From assembly GCA_951406725.2 (NCBI GenBank), contig OX597820.1, positions 100,068,001 through 100,132,000 on the forward strand: 64,000 nt of DNA, given 5' to 3'. The translations under genes were made by a program, and so were the position numbers. Positions 1-13,960 of the stretch are shown here, in pieces. A model generated the notes under the pieces. It was not told the origin of the DNA. It made no database searches and saw nothing but the letters and a program-made list of their open reading frames with translations. The first letter of the stretch is position 1. The number at the start of each line of letters is the position of its first letter. Source of the DNA: Octopus vulgaris (Eukaryota).

Positions 1-514
1 TCAGCTAACAAACATGAATAATTCTGCGACGGAGCGGTTTCCTGTCCAGGATACGATGTATATGCCACAGAGTTCGAGAAACCGGATTCATGAGTCAATG
101 GTTCGGGAAAGACACTTGATCCTCCTTTTGGAGAGTATATTTGTAAAATTTCGACAAATCAGAATATGCTATTTGGAAAAGAAAACTATAAAAACGATTG
201 ATCTTAAGCTTTCTTGTCTTTTCCTATTCCTAGTTTACATTGTATATCGTTGTCCCTATTTTATAAACAAGTATTCTTCGACTGAGCAAGCAAAATTTAA
301 TAAGAATTAAACGCATGCATCAGAAGAGAGGTGATATAAAATATTTTCAAAAACATTAAAAACTACATTTTTTGCTGTCCAGCCACCACTGCTACCTCCA
401 TTAAACTATATCCACCACTATCATCATTTAACGGCCGACCACCGGCACTATACTTATCACTAACAATGCTCAGTCTAAATTATTCGCCACTGAAGATCAT
501 ACACACATACATAC

Positions 515-517
<3 letters not shown>

Positions 518-584
<67 letters not shown>
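518..584. repeat. (TA)n microsatellite
   Basis: Near-perfect TA dinucleotide run; many similar TA/TG/CATA runs occur in 1-18 kb. Confidence 0.95.
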
Positions 585-587
<3 letters not shown>

Positions 588-708
588 TTAAATTTTTTTT
601 TATTAAGCCACTTGGTGGTAAATGGATGTACTATTAAATTAGTATCCAATTTTCTGACCCTTATCGTTTGATAATATATATATCCCACTTCTGACAGATA
701 ATTTTTTC

Positions 709-853
709 CCCGTTACTTAGCGGTTCGGCAAAACAGACCGATAGAATAAGTACTGGGCTTACATAAGAATAAGTCCCAGGGTCGAGTTGCACGATTAAAA
801 AGGCGGTGCTCCAGCATGGCCTCAGTCAAATGACTGAAACAAGCAAAAGAGAG

Positions 854-856
<3 letters not shown>
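709..856 (+). mobile_element. 3' fragment of a tRNA-derived SINE (same family as 9296-9710)
   Basis: cttagcggttcggcaaaa...gaccgatagaataagtactgggcttac...aaatgactgaaacaag matches the reverse complement of about 9300-9445. Confidence 0.8.
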
Positions 857-891
<35 letters not shown>

Positions 892-1390
892 GTCAGGAGA
901 GATTCATTCTGTTTAAATGCCTTGTTAATTAACACAGTCACCGGTTGGATTTCCACTCATTTACTTACTTATTTTTTCAATAGTCATTGACTGTGTCCGT
1001 TATTGGAGCTGAGTTCTTTTTGTATGTTTGTTTGTGTGCATGTATATGCGTCAGTTTTGCATGTGTATACACATATGTATGAATGTATGTATATATATAC
1101 GTAGATATGTATGTATGTATTATGTATGTATGTGTTTGTGTATCCATATATATATATATATATGTATATGTATATGCTTGTGTACGTTTGTGTGTATGTA
1201 TTCTGCATATTCATGTGTTTGTGTGTTCATGTTTGTATGTTTGTGTGTGTATGTGTGTGCGTGTGTGTGTGCGTATTCTTCTATTTTATTCCTTTATTCT
1301 TTTATTTTATTCCTTATAAACTGTGAATTTTATTCCTTGTGAACTATAAATTTTCCCTGTCTAAAATATTCATACCTTGACAGATTACCC

Positions 1391-1529
1391 AGTGCACGGA
1401 CATGATTACCAACCACTTGGGTTAACCCAGAAACGGCTGAAAGACTTCAAATTCATCTTACCTTAATTAAATTATTCTAAATGACTTGAGATTCTCGTTC
1501 TGCCTTGGTTTTTATTTTCCTTCTAATAT
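1391..1529 (+). repeat. Dispersed repeat, direct copy of 14832-14970
   Basis: agtgcacggacatg...gaaacggctg...aaatgacttgagat...ctaatat is present at both sites with scattered mismatches. Confidence 0.75.
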
Positions 1530-1540
1530 AATGAATGATA

Positions 1541-2467
1541 CTAGCTTAAGGTGACCCGCTCTACGCGCGGGAGATGTTTTGGTTGTTGGACCAATGTATT
1601 AATGTAGCATTAAGAACGAAGAGCTCATTTACATTTAATTTATAAAATATGAATACTTATTTTTTGAAATTGACAGTTAAAGCATGGAAAAATGTGCTTT
1701 AAGTATAGTTTAGAAAAATGGAGAAAAGATAGCGAATGAGGGATTATGTTAATGATTTTAATTTTTTCAGTAAAGTAAAATGTTAAACAATAAATTTTAA
1801 AGATGGAAACTTATCACCAGAAGGCAAACGAATAGCCCGTATTAGAAACATTTTTCTTTTGGGTCAAAAGGCTATTTAGTAATCAAAAAGTTACCCGAGC
1901 ATGTGCCTCCCTCTTTTGCAATTTCCTCACTCTAGCTCGGTGGTTTGATAAGTTGTAGCTCTTACGCATAGACATATCGAAAAGCAAATTTGAGAAATGA
2001 AATACTTGGAAACCTAAAGTTGATTTGGTTTAGAATGAGAAAACGAATAAAATAGTCAAGATGTAAATAATTCAAAACTGGAAAATTTTTCAAATTTACA
2101 TAAAAATTTTTTTAACGACGGTCGGCTTGAGCATACAAATAAATTCTTTTTATCCACGCAAAAATAAATAATATCTGTTACCTTTCTGAAAGACCTGTGG
2201 TAGGAATATTTAAACTTTTGCGGCTGTCATTGAGAGACGCGTTGGAGAGGAAAGAGAGACGGCGGCGGTGCCAAACGTCGTTATAGAGTGAGAGAAAATG
2301 GAGAGAAGCGGAAAAGAGAGAGATGGAGGAAGAAAAGGCGATATATGAAAGTGAGGACTGAAAAATGAAATATTTTGAAACCTAAAGATGATTTGTTTTA
2401 AGAGAAAGATTCTCATGATTGTGTGGTGGTGATGGCGATGATAATTCTCTTTATGAATGTAGAAAAC

Positions 2468-2508
<41 letters not shown>

Positions 2509-2953
2509 CAGCGCTGGCGAAGGAAAGATAGTAGACGCTATCAAATGACGTTATAGAGAGAAGTGAAATGAAGGGAGAGAGAGAGAGAGAGAGAAGTGGA
2601 GGATGACAGGCAGACAATAGAATGTGATGGTGGCGAGGGAAAGATAATAGACGCTGTGAAACGACGTTATAGATAGAATTTGAAAGAAAGGGAGGTAAGA
2701 GAGTGAGTGATGGAGGAAGACAGATACATAAAAGAATGGGAGTAGACTTGTCAAAGTGCGTTTTTGGCCCTAGCAACGAAATCTTTTAAGATGGGGATTT
2801 CTAACCTAGACCACTCGCATCCTCACCTCATTTTACATGTCCCTGTAAATTTTGGAGTCAATCTGACGGGATCTCGTTGCCTTTGACCCGTTCTCAATGC
2901 CAAAACCAGACAAACAAACAAACTTTTCGCATTTCAGAATTATAATATAGAGA
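1541..2953 (-). mobile_element. Non-autonomous Helitron-like element, copy 1
   Basis: Minus strand starts TCTCTATATTATAA...TTTGTTTGTTTG and ends with hairpin cccgc-gcgtaga-gcggg followed by ...CTAG, then T. These are canonical Helitron termini. Confidence 0.7.
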
Positions 2954-4132
2954 CTAGCTTAAGGTGACCCGCTCGACGCGCAGGTGAGAGTGTGGTTGTT
3001 ACTTTGTTGTTTTCTTTCGGCACGTAAAAAGCACCATCCGAACGTGGCCGATGGCAGCGCCGCCTTCACTGGCTTCTGTGCCGGTGGCACGTAAAGAGCA
3101 CCACCCGATCGTGGCCGCTGCTAGCACCCCCTGACACCTGTGCCGGTTGCACGAAATAAGCACCCACTACACTCACGGAGTGGTTGGCGTTATAAACCGC
3201 ATCCAGCTGTAGAAACACTGCCAGATCAGACTGGAGCCTGGTGCAGCCTCCTGGCTTCCCAGACCCCGGTCAAACCGTCCAACCCGTGCTAGCACAGAAA
3301 ACGGACATTAAACGATGATGATGATGTCGATTCTCCCTCTTTGTTTCTCTCTCTTTTCTCTTTCACTTTCACACTCTCTTGCTCTTCCTTTTCTCGGACT
3401 CTCCCTCGCTTTCTCTTACTCTCTATCTTTATCTATCTCTCTCCCATTTATAAACAACAAAAGATCTTGAGTAAGTTGCAAAAGAATAAAGTTTGAAATA
3501 TCAATCATTAATATCAGGCAGTGACAACGGAAAGGTCTACTGCAAGGCAGACAGCAAGACACTAACATTTAAAAGGGACAGACGAACTTGCTAGCTGTAA
3601 TAAAATATTGGAAACCAAAGTTTGAAGGGATAGAATCTGAGGATAGTAGAGTCACCATGGCTGGCATTTCTTAACGACGGACAGCAACGCAGTGGCAGTT
3701 TAACGGCTGGCGTAAAATTTTGAACTTGTTGTAAAAGAAAATTGCTAAACATCAAGTTTTGAAGTGATTCTTTCTCACGACAGTAGACTCACCATGGCAA
3801 GCATTCAAAACTTCTTCACCATGGACGGCAACACATTGACGATTAAACGGCTGGCGCAAATTTTTTAGCTTGATATAACAGAGAATTCCTAAACACCCGC
3901 TCCTGTAAATTTTAATCCCCTTCCAGCCCCATTTAGACCCCTTTTCACATTTTGGTTAATATAACCTGATTTCACTCGGGTCTACTCGGGCCACATTTTA
4001 TAAGATGAGGAATTTTGTCCTAGAGGCAACGCCTTTCATTTGAGGATAAAAATAGTTGCCATTGCAAACTCGCCAGTACTTTTAACATAGGTGTGCATGT
4101 TTTCCGCTCAACCGACCACATAATGCACACAT

Positions 4133-4197
<65 letters not shown>

Positions 4198-4925
4198 GTG
4201 CACGCATTATATATAAAAAAGTATGCAAATTATATATATATATATATATATAAATACAGATATATACACTTTGTATATATACATCATATATACATATTTA
4301 TATATAGAACACATCACACACACACACTCACACATAATTTAACTCAATAAATATCTGATTCATAATATTTGTTCTCATGAATGGGTGGTGGTGGTGGTAG
4401 CGATGATAATTTTCTCTATGAATGCAGACAGACGTAAATAGAGAGAGAGGGTTACAGCGCTAATGAAGGCGAAAGGGAAATATATTTAGACTTTCGCTCC
4501 TTTCTCTTCCTCTCTATCTTTCTCTATCTATCTCTCTCCCATTTATAAACAACAAAAGATGTTGAGTAAGTTGAGAAACAAAATATTTTTACGCTTTTCA
4601 AACCCTTCGTCGTTATTCTCATTCACTCATTATTACTTTCTCCCTTCCTTTCACGTTCTCTCTATAACGTTATAGAGAGAATGTGAAAGGAAGGAGTTAG
4701 ACGGTGTGAAACGACGTTATAGAGAGAATGTGAAAGGAAGGGAGTTAGACGCTGTGAAACGACGTTATAGAGAGAAATTGATGGGAAGGGAGAAAAGAGA
4801 GTGAGTGATGGAGGAAGACAGATATATAAAAGAATGTGAGTAGACTTGTCAAAGTACGTTTTTGGCACTAGCAACGACACCTTTTAAGATGGGGATTTTC
4901 GCATGTCAGAATTATAATATAGAGA
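2954..4925 (-). mobile_element. Non-autonomous Helitron-like element, copy 2, tandem with copy 1
   Basis: Same termini as copy 1 (+ strand ctagcttaaggtgacccgctc at 2954, cagaattataatatagaga at about 4907-4925). Shares internal blocks with copy 1 (about 2650-2800 vs 4740-4900). Preceded by A on the minus strand. Confidence 0.7.
3015..3326 (+). mobile_element. SINE 3' part with internal tandem repeats and (GAT)n tail, nested in Helitron copy 2
   Basis: Repeated ggcacgtaaa-agcacca units; ends acggacattaaacgatgatgatgatg, a simple-repeat retroposon tail. Confidence 0.65.
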
Positions 4926-5558
4926 TAATGTGTGTGTGTGTGTGTGTGAGTGTGTGTGTGTGTATGTGTGTGTGTGTGCGTGTGTTTATGTGTGTGTGCG
5001 TGTGAGCGTGTGTGTGTGTATAGTTATATCCAGTTAAGTACAGTATAAAGTTCGTTCACGGATACATGGAAAAGGTCCTATCTTCCAGGGACGTGACATG
5101 TTGAACCCCACGTTTAAGTGCTAAAAAGTTATTGATCGTCTTAGCTAACAAACGTAGAAACGATTCTGAAAATGTCAGTTCCATCAGATGTAAACCAAAT
5201 GAGATCGTTCTTGGGTTGCTTAGCTATTAATGTATGATCCTACCTTCCATGCATCATTTCAGTGAACCTTTAAACCATCTGCTTCAGAAAGATACAAAAA
5301 CACGAAGCCTTCGAAGAGGCGAAAGAATTATTGCAATCTGAGTTATCACTAAATTATTATGACCCGAAACTGGAAATAACAGCGGCTGCAGATACCATGG
5401 AAACGAGCGGATACCTAAAAACTTTCTGCTTACCTCCCTTGAATGATTGGACTTTTGCTTACTTCCCTTGAATCATTAAGCATACAAAACCCGTCTCTAT
5501 GAGCGAACTTGCAGCATATTTGAGACTTGTGTTGCTTGTCGGGGCAAAAATTTCCATA

Positions 5559-5560
<2 letters not shown>

Positions 5561-5647
<87 letters not shown>

Positions 5648-5649
5648 GC

Positions 5650-5726
<77 letters not shown>

Positions 5727-5743
5727 TGTGTGTGTGCGTGCGT
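5561..5743. repeat. (TG)n microsatellite
   Basis: About 180 bp TG run, absent from the right arm of the inversion. Confidence 0.95.
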
Positions 5744-6324
5744 GCAAAACTAGTACTGTTGAAGATGACCAGAATTTCTTTTTCTATCAATAGTTAATGA
5801 TTTAGGATTAGTTAAATCCTCCTCCTTCAGTATGATGCTCTTTATACCTTTCTGAAAATGGTTTTGATTCCAGAGACAACTAGGTACATAAACGTAGGTG
5901 TAAAAATGGTCGTTACTTGAACGTGAAATACTGATTTCTTTCATTTTTCAATGAATAGCAGATGAGCGACTATATTTTGATACAGACACAGTACAGGCTA
6001 CGCTTTCAGGCTTTTTGGAAAATTTTTCAGGAGTAACCCAATAGGTTTACTATTAATTCCGTGAAATATCCACAGGTGTCGCTAGTACATATACATGTAC
6101 ATGCATGCATGTATGCATACATACATACATACATACATACATACATACATACATACACACATACATACACACATACATACATACATACAGGCAGACAGAC
6201 AGACGTATAGACAGACAAACATACATGTGTGTGTGTGAGTACATACATACATATATACATGCAATGACGGAGGTGCGGCAAAAGCACCCCACCTCCTTAA
6301 TTTTATTGAGTTTTTTTTTGTCTT

Positions 6325-6443
6325 GGGGTATATGGCGCAGTGGTTAAGAGCACGGGATACTAACCCTAAGATTCCGAGCTTGATTCCAGGGAGTGTTCTG
6401 ATTAATAATAATAATGATAATAATAATAATAATAATAATAATA

Positions 6444-6515
<72 letters not shown>

Positions 6516-6600
6516 ATGATAATAATAAATGCCCTGATGCAGTACCAGGCAGTTATCTCATGGCTCCTGATGTTAGCTGATTGGAAGTGTTAGCATGTAC
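6325..6600 (+). mobile_element. tRNA-headed SINE relic containing (AAT)n/(TTA)n tract
   Basis: A box tggcgcagtgg and degenerate B box gagcttgattcc; inverted copy at about 10940-11140. Confidence 0.55.
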
Positions 6601-8690
6601 CTTTCATAAAGTCACTGCCGCAAAAATATTTTTATTTTTTGCAAGTAAAATTTTGAAATAAAGGTGAATATTTGATAATATTTAACAAATATTAGCTATA
6701 CTTGCGTTATAAAGAGGCCAATGTAACTCACCAGATTACTGTGCGACCTGTCTACGAGCCAACCGCAAATATCTACGTTAACAACCACAAACTAAGGATG
6801 CGACCTATCAACTGATGCTGCGACCTATCCACTGGTGCGACCTATCCTCTGGTGTGACCTATCCACTGATGCGAACGATCCACGAGCATATAGCGGGTTT
6901 CTATGTTGTTTCTCAACTTGATGGAAATCAAACTCTTACACACTTCCGTATTAGAAACGGAAATGTGTATTACATACAACTAACTTTTGTATTTAACACC
7001 TGAGAGAAAGAACAATGTGGTAATGAATTTTTAGATGATATTTCTATTCAGTGAAGTTTCACTTGTGACTGAATAACAACATATTAACCGTAACAGTAAT
7101 ACACTCGGCAATCACAAAACTACACCAACGATCAGAAGAACAACAAGTACAAAATGCGCATTGTGTAAAAATGTACTGGAATACTTACATGCAAAATATA
7201 TACTGACTATTGAAACTAAAACACTGAGTTTTGGTGTGATGATCATTTTTCAGTTTGTACGGAAAGACACAAATAATTGAAGATAAGAAAATGCCTCTCA
7301 ATGCGTATTGCTTTAACAGCTGATTGCCATTGTTGTTTATGATACTAGAATGTAGGTAATTGCCCAATGATTGATAAGAGACGAACTGTTGACAGGAACT
7401 ACCTAGTGAGCTGGTCTTCAGAGATGGGACTCCCGGTTTGGTAGCGGGGGGGACTTCGCATTCGCCCTCACAGTGTGTAACTGAACGAAACGAAATAGAT
7501 ACTACACCAACACACTCTCGTTCGCGATTGATTTTTTTGTGTGTGTGTGTATAGCTTAACGAATCTATAAAACTTTACTTTCTGCTTCTCTGCCTCACCT
7601 GTCATAAATACTTAGTGTATACAGAAATCGATTCAATTGATTGTATGTCACTAACCTACAATCACAGTCATGGAGCTCTAAGATGTGGGTGTTAAGGGCC
7701 CCTTGTGGGTGGGTGTCTTAATGTCAACCAGAGAAGTTGAATTGTTGAGAATCTTTTAAACTTGGGTCTTATATCTATTGTTTGAATTTCCTTAAAATAG
7801 GAAATATATGTATGTTCACTGAGTTTGTAAAAGAGAGCAAAACTACAGGAAACCAAAGGACGAATGATCATAATAAGCAGCCAGCTACCGCACCCTAGTC
7901 GTTACCACTCCCAATGTAGGATTCCTCACCATCCATGTGACAGGCACAGCCGTAAGTTGCATTACGGATCTATAGCAATTGGAATGGCGTGACCCAACTG
8001 AAATAAACATTGACAACTGCTTGACGTGAGGGCTAAGGAGAGATGAAAGTGTCACCTCTGGAGTTTGCAAATGACCACTATACTGATAAGTAACTGAACA
8101 GAATAAATTTACAATCTATAAATGTTTTTGAATAACCAGTCACTCATCTGGGAAGGCCTTGGAATCAATGTTACCAACTGGGGACTATGTGTGACCCAGT
8201 GATAATAAAAAGACTGAAAGGAGATCTGCAACCAAATAACTTTACTCAGCACTTTGCAACTGAATCAGTGGAGGCAAAAATGCCTCTCATATACTTGACA
8301 ATTTATGCACCACATTGCAGAAATCACAATCTAAGTGTATGTCAAAGTAAACTCTTACACAGTTGTACCATTGAATTACAAATAATGTTCATCTTTTTAT
8401 GCTCGGGTTGCCCTACAGCTTCCTGCTTAGATAAAATGACTAAATTGTAAGAAGAAATTTTATAAATATTACTTCATTTGTTTCTAAGGAAAAATATACG
8501 AATTGTCATGGGAGTTATGGCCCTTATGCATAGAGTATAATTTCCCAATTTCGTAAAGATCCATTGTTTTATATGTTTATTTCCTTTTACACAATATTAA
8601 AACAGCGGCTAAAGATTTTCTGAAGCAGTATCCCCACTAATTTTATCAACGAGTCACCACTGACTGTGATTGTAGGTTAGTGACATATAA

Positions 8691-8892
8691 GAAAGAAGTA
8701 ATTTCTACTCTTCTCCTCTGGAAGCCATCTACTCGCAATACCAGAGGGCGCACACTCTCCTACCCTGATGTAATCTCCAGGGCTACAGGCATCCAGCAAC
8801 AGGACCTCCGTAATGCCATGATGGACCGTGAAGTCTGGCGTAGCATGGTAAATTCCATTGTCTCGACCATGGTCGAACAATGATGATGATGA
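8691..8892 (+). mobile_element. 5'-truncated LINE 3' end (RTE-like) with TSD
   Basis: Encodes LLLWKP..RGR..YPD...AMMDREVWR, a typical ORF2 C-terminus. Has a (TGA)n tail and direct repeat tgacatataa at 8681-8690 and 8893-8902. The empty site is visible in the left arm at about 7635-7670. Confidence 0.75.
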
Positions 8893-9295
8893 TGACATAT
8901 AATCAATTGTATCGATTTCTGTATACACTAAGTATTTATGACAGGTGAAGCAGTAAAGCGGAAAGTAAAGTTTTATAGATTCGTTAAGCTATACAAAAAA
9001 AAAAATCAATCGCGAACGAGAGTGTGTTGGTGTAGTATCTATTTCGTTTCGTTCAGTTACACACTGTGAGGGCGAATGCGATCGGCCATCTCAGATTTCA
9101 GGCAAGAGTCCCCAACCCACCAAACTGGGAGTCCTTCTCTGCAGACCAGCTCACTAGCTAGTTCCTGTCAACAGTTCGTCTGTTATCAATCATTGAGTAA
9201 TTACCTACATTCTAGTATCATAAACAACAATGGCAATCAATCGTGTCCAGCTCTATGTATTTGTATTCACTTACACACTTGCATGATGAATGTAT

Positions 9296-9710
9296 AACTC
9301 TTTTACTCTTTTAATTGTTTCAGTCATTTGACTGCGGCCATGCAGGAGCACCGCCTTTAGTCGAGCAAATCGACCCCGGGACTTAATCATTGTAAGCCCA
9401 GTACTTATTCTATCGGTCTCTTTTTGCCGAACCGCTAAGTGACGGGGACGTGAACACACTAGCATCGGTTGTCAAGCAACGCTAGGGGGACAAACACAGA
9501 CACACAGACATACACACACATACATATATATATATATACATATATACGACAGGCTTCTTTCAGTTTCCGTCTACCAAATCCACTCACAAGGCATTGGTCG
9601 GCCCGAGGCTATAGCAGAAGACAATTGCCCAAGATGCCACGCAGTGGGACTGAACCCAGAACCATGTGGTTGGTAAGCAAGCTACTTACCACACAGCCAT
9701 TCCTGCGCCT
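9296..9710 (-). mobile_element. Full-length tRNA-derived SINE
   Basis: Minus strand ggcgcaggaatggctgtgtggtaag (A box), gggttcagtccc (B box), CORE-like cttgggcaattgtctt, internal (TA/TG)n, tail taaaagagtaaaagag. Confidence 0.8.
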
Positions 9711-10986
9711 ACGTATGTATGCATGTCTGTGTAATATGAAAGATAAATGAATGTGCATGTGTCTTTGTGTGCGTGAGTACAAATACATAAAGCTGAACAC
9801 GCTCGCACACAGACAGACACTCACACACACGCACACAAACACACACACACACACACACACACACAGACTACCATTATCTTTCATATGTACGTACATACAT
9901 AAATAAATACATACATTGTGCAAGTATGTTTTTGTGTGTGTATGATTTAATACAACACACACACATATACACTCATTGTCGGCGAAGGTAAAGAATACGC
10001 ACACTCGGTGTTTAGGGTTAGGGTTATGCTGAAAACGAGTAGCATTCTTCACCTCCGCTCCATTACCTTTCATATACAGGAATCAATATAACGACACGAA
10101 CACCCATTATTTTCACGTACGTCTACATAATTGTGCTCGTCCACCCGCCTCTTTCACTTTAGAAAATAAAATAAAATAACGATCAGCCAGTGACAAATGC
10201 GAGTGATCAACAACAGCAGTCAAAGCAATACGCATTGAGAGGCATTTTCTTATCTTCAATTATTTGTGTCTTTCCGTACAAACTGAAAAATGATTATCAC
10301 ACCAAAACTCAGTGTTTTAGTTTCAATAGTCAGTATATATTTTGCATGTAAGTATTCCAGTACATTTTTACACAATGCGCATTTTGTACTTGTTGTTCTT
10401 CTGATCGTTGGTGTAGTTTTGTGATTGCCGAGTGTATTACTGTTACGGTTAATATGTTGTTATTCAGTCACAAGTGAAACTTCACTGATTAGAAATATCA
10501 TCTAAAAATTCATTACCTCATTGTTCTTTCTCTCAGGTGTTAAATACAAAAGTTAGTTTTATTTAATACACATTTCCGTTTCTAATACGGAAGTGTGTAA
10601 GAGTTTGATTTCAATCAAGTTGAGAAACAACATAGAAACCCCCTATATGCTCGTGGATCGTTCGCATCAGTGGATAGGTCACACCAGAGGATAGGTCGCA
10701 CCAGTGGATAGGCCGCAGCATCAGTTGATAGGTCGCATCCTTAGTTTGTGGCTGTTAACGTAGATATTTGCGGTTGGCTCGTAGATAGGTCGCACAGTAA
10801 TCTAGTGAGATACATTGGCCTCTTTATAACGCAAGAATAGCTAATATTTGTTAAATATTATCAAATATTCACCTTTATTTCTAAATTTTACTTGCAAAAA
10901 TAAAAATATTTTTGCGTCAGCGACTTTATGAAAGGTACATGCTAACACTTCATTTATTATTATTATCATTATTATTATTATTATTA

Positions 10987-11070
<84 letters not shown>

Positions 11071-11265
11071 TCACTCCCTGGAATCAAACTCGGAGTCTTA
11101 GGGTTAGTTTAATGAGTTCTTAACCACTACGCCATATGCCCAAGGGCAAAAACAAAATTAAGGAGGTGGGGGTGCTTATACTTTACCTCTGTCATTACCT
11201 GTATATATGTTTGCATGTACACACACACGCATGTCTGTCTGTCTGTCCGTATGTATGTATGTATG

Positions 11266-11295
<30 letters not shown>

Positions 11296-11296
<1 letters not shown>

Positions 11297-11811
11297 CCCA
11301 GTACAACCTGTTGCACGGTCAGGTCGTTGGCGACTAAACCGGCAACCCCACCAAGCTTGCTTGGTGAGGAGGGTGTTTATTGGACACCCTGCGAGATGAA
11401 AAACAAAACCCGTCAAAGGGCGGAGGAACTCTTGAGAGTCAACGGCCATCCAATAAATGTCTTAAGGCTGGATCATGCGTGAGGACAGAAATAATCGGAC
11501 TGAATACCCGATCGCGCGGTTAAACCATTGGGAGTGAAGGACTCCTAGTCTTTGTTAGGGCATCCTTCTAGGTGAAGGTAACTCGTGTAACTGGGATAAC
11601 TCCGATATAAAACCTGTAACTCAGTGCTTACCGATGATGTTGACTTGTTCTTCTTTTCGGATTATGGCTGCTGTTGCTTAGTGAGTGGGATTGACTCAAT
11701 GCACAGCCTTTCCCCACTTTAAAAAAAAATTTCTTGCACAGGCATTGCACGATAACAACATTGATTAAGCTTCGTGCAATGGCCATACTCGATAACGAGG
11801 GGGCAGCCACA
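11296..11811 (+). mobile_element. ~515 bp insertion, probably an RTE-related non-autonomous retroelement, in an (ATGT)n tract
   Basis: Absent from the left arm, where the (CATA)n tract at 6110-6190 is uninterrupted. GC-richer than the flanks. Family and strand are tentative. Confidence 0.5.
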
Positions 11812-12699
11812 ATGTATGTATGTATGTATGCATGCATGTACATGTTTATGTACTAGCGACACCTGTGAATATTTCACGGAATTAATAGTAAACCTATTGG
11901 GTTACTCCTGAAAACTTTTTCAAAAAGCCTGAAAGCGTAGCCTTTACTGTGTCTGTATCAAAAGATAGTCGCTCACCTGCTATTCATTGAAAAATGAAGG
12001 AAATCAGTATTTCACATTCAAATAATGACCATTTTTACACTCAGATTTATGTACCTAGTTGTCTCTGGAATCAAAACCATTTTCAGAAAGGTATAAAGAG
12101 CATCATACTGAAGGAGGAGGATTTTGTCAGTTATGCAGTGCGAAAATTTTAAACTCGAAGAACGACATGAAGACGATTGAAACTAGTGAAGTGCTAACGA
12201 GTTTAGAGTTAATAAATCAAGTGGAAACTAATCCTAAATCATTAACTATTGATAGAAAAAGAAATTCTGGTCATCTTCAACTGTAGTAGTTTTGCTGTGC
12301 AAAAACGTTATGGAAAGTTTTGCCCCAAGAAACACTCAAGGGAGGTAAGCATAATGTTTTTAGGTATCCGCTCGTTTCCAAGGCATCTGCAGCCGCTGTT
12401 ATTTCCAGTTTCGAGTCATAATAAGTTAGTGATAACTCAGATTGCAATAATTCTTTCGCCTCTTCAAGTTAGGATCATACATTAATAACTAAGGAGCCCA
12501 AGAACGATCTCAGTTGGTTAAAATCTGATGGAACTGACATTTTCAGAATTGCTTCCACATTTGTTGGGTCTGGTTACGACTGTTTTCGTTTATAATAAAT
12601 CAAAGATATTTTATTGATGTCATATAAAATTGCATTAATTCTTTTTTACTTGAGAACCAAATGAATTCATTCTATGGGAAAGAGTATCGAATCGATGAA

Positions 12700-13230
12700 A
12701 CAATTCTTCGTTTATTGAACCAGCCACTATAATATCGTCCAAATAAGTTGAAACTTCAGATATGTCTGCAGTCGTTGAATCCATTACTTGTGGAAATATA
12801 GCTGGAGCCGTTTTTCATTTCGAATGGCAATCATTGATATCGGTAAAGACCTCTGTGAGAATTAAATTTTAACAGCTGTTTTCAATTTATCATCAACTTC
12901 AATTTGTAAGTAAGCATCAGCCAGATCTATTTTTGTGAAGGAACGGCAACCATTAAGCTTACTGAAAATATCTTCAGGAATAGGTAGCAGTGGTCTTAAT
13001 CGAGTCGAAAAATCTGCACAAAGTGAATAGAACCTTTTGCTTTGCTAACCACCAATGCTAGTGCTGCCTAAGTTGAATAGTTAACAGGTTTCATTATGTC
13101 TAATTGTACCAGATGGTCTAACTCTTGGTCAGCCTTGAACTTGGATGCATACAGAACTGGTCTGCGAGGCCTAAATATAGGCTGTAAATGAGGTTTTAGT
13201 GACAAATGTAGTTTGTATAACTTGCGAGGC
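12700..13230 (-). pseudogene. Ty3/Gypsy reverse transcriptase relic
   Basis: Minus-strand translation gives PIFRPRRPV..ELDHL, LCADF, LPIPEDIFSKLNG, FTKIDLADAYLQI and YLDDII, with stops and frameshifts. Confidence 0.8.
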
Positions 13231-13344
13231 CACAAGAAATTTTTGAAAACGTGTGAATATTCTTCCTCTAGCGCATATGTCTTTGTGGGTGTTTCTCCCG
13301 CATCCACACTGGACAATCAGTCAGAACTTTGGTTTTTAATCCAT

Positions 13345-13960
13345 TTTAAACCTGCTACCATGAGTAAAGCGGAAAGAAACTGCAGTCAAATTACAAAATG
13401 AAGTATTAGTTCTTAGGTGTGGAGTTAAAAGATTTTGCAAAATGTTGCACGGAAAATACATCCCTTGTACCTATTTTCGGTTCGGAAAAAATGCGCTCTA
13501 GTTTATTCAGCAAATTGCTTACAAAGATGAGCAAAAATGATACTGGGGTATAACTTTTAACTCAAATACAAGGCAACGAGTGAATCTGATGAAGCTGATG
13601 TATTATCGTATCTCCTGGTGAATCAAAAAGTTAGACAACAAACATGTTGTTATTGCTTCCATTTCTGTAGGTATGATGTGCAAAATGCTTTATTTACCGT
13701 GACAGATACTTAGAAGGTCTGATTGGCAACCACGGCCAGTACCTGAAAAACCAGGGTCCAGGGTTCGCATTGATTTTACTGATCCTACAATTGGTAAATA
13801 TTTTTTATTACATAATGGATGCTATTTCATAGTGGAGTGAAATTTTCATAACCACTGCTATTTCAACTTCATCCATAATTCACAAGCTAAAGCAAGTGTT
13901 CAGCCAATTCGGATTCCAAGAAACCCTAGTTTCAGATATTGGATCTCAGGTAATGAAGTC
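13345..13960 (+). pseudogene. Ty3/Gypsy RNase H and integrase relic
   Basis: Plus-strand MSKAERNCSQI, PIFGS, VYSANCLQR (RNase H) and PEKPGSRVRIDF (start of integrase core). Confidence 0.65.

Larger units (their letters stand above)
4929..7670 (+). repeat. Left arm of large inverted duplication
   Basis: Blocks match in reverse complement: 5023-5150/14415-14549, 5160-5415/12362-12560, 5750-6110/11830-12300, 6585-7320/10218-10951, 7323-7670/8661-9240. Confidence 0.9.

Noticed and set aside
497-6580. Many short ORFs rich in YI/CV/HT/YV repeats
   Set aside because: They are translations of TA, TG, CATA and TTA microsatellites.
6740-6875. Short gcgacctatc repeats (~18-21 bp period), mirrored at about 10665-10795
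   Set aside because: Likely an internal or subterminal repeat of an old DNA-transposon fragment; ends cannot be defined and there is no evidence of function.
7698-7710. gccccttgtgggt matching the shared 3' tail core
   Set aside because: Only 13 nt, with no flanking similarity and no AATAAA.
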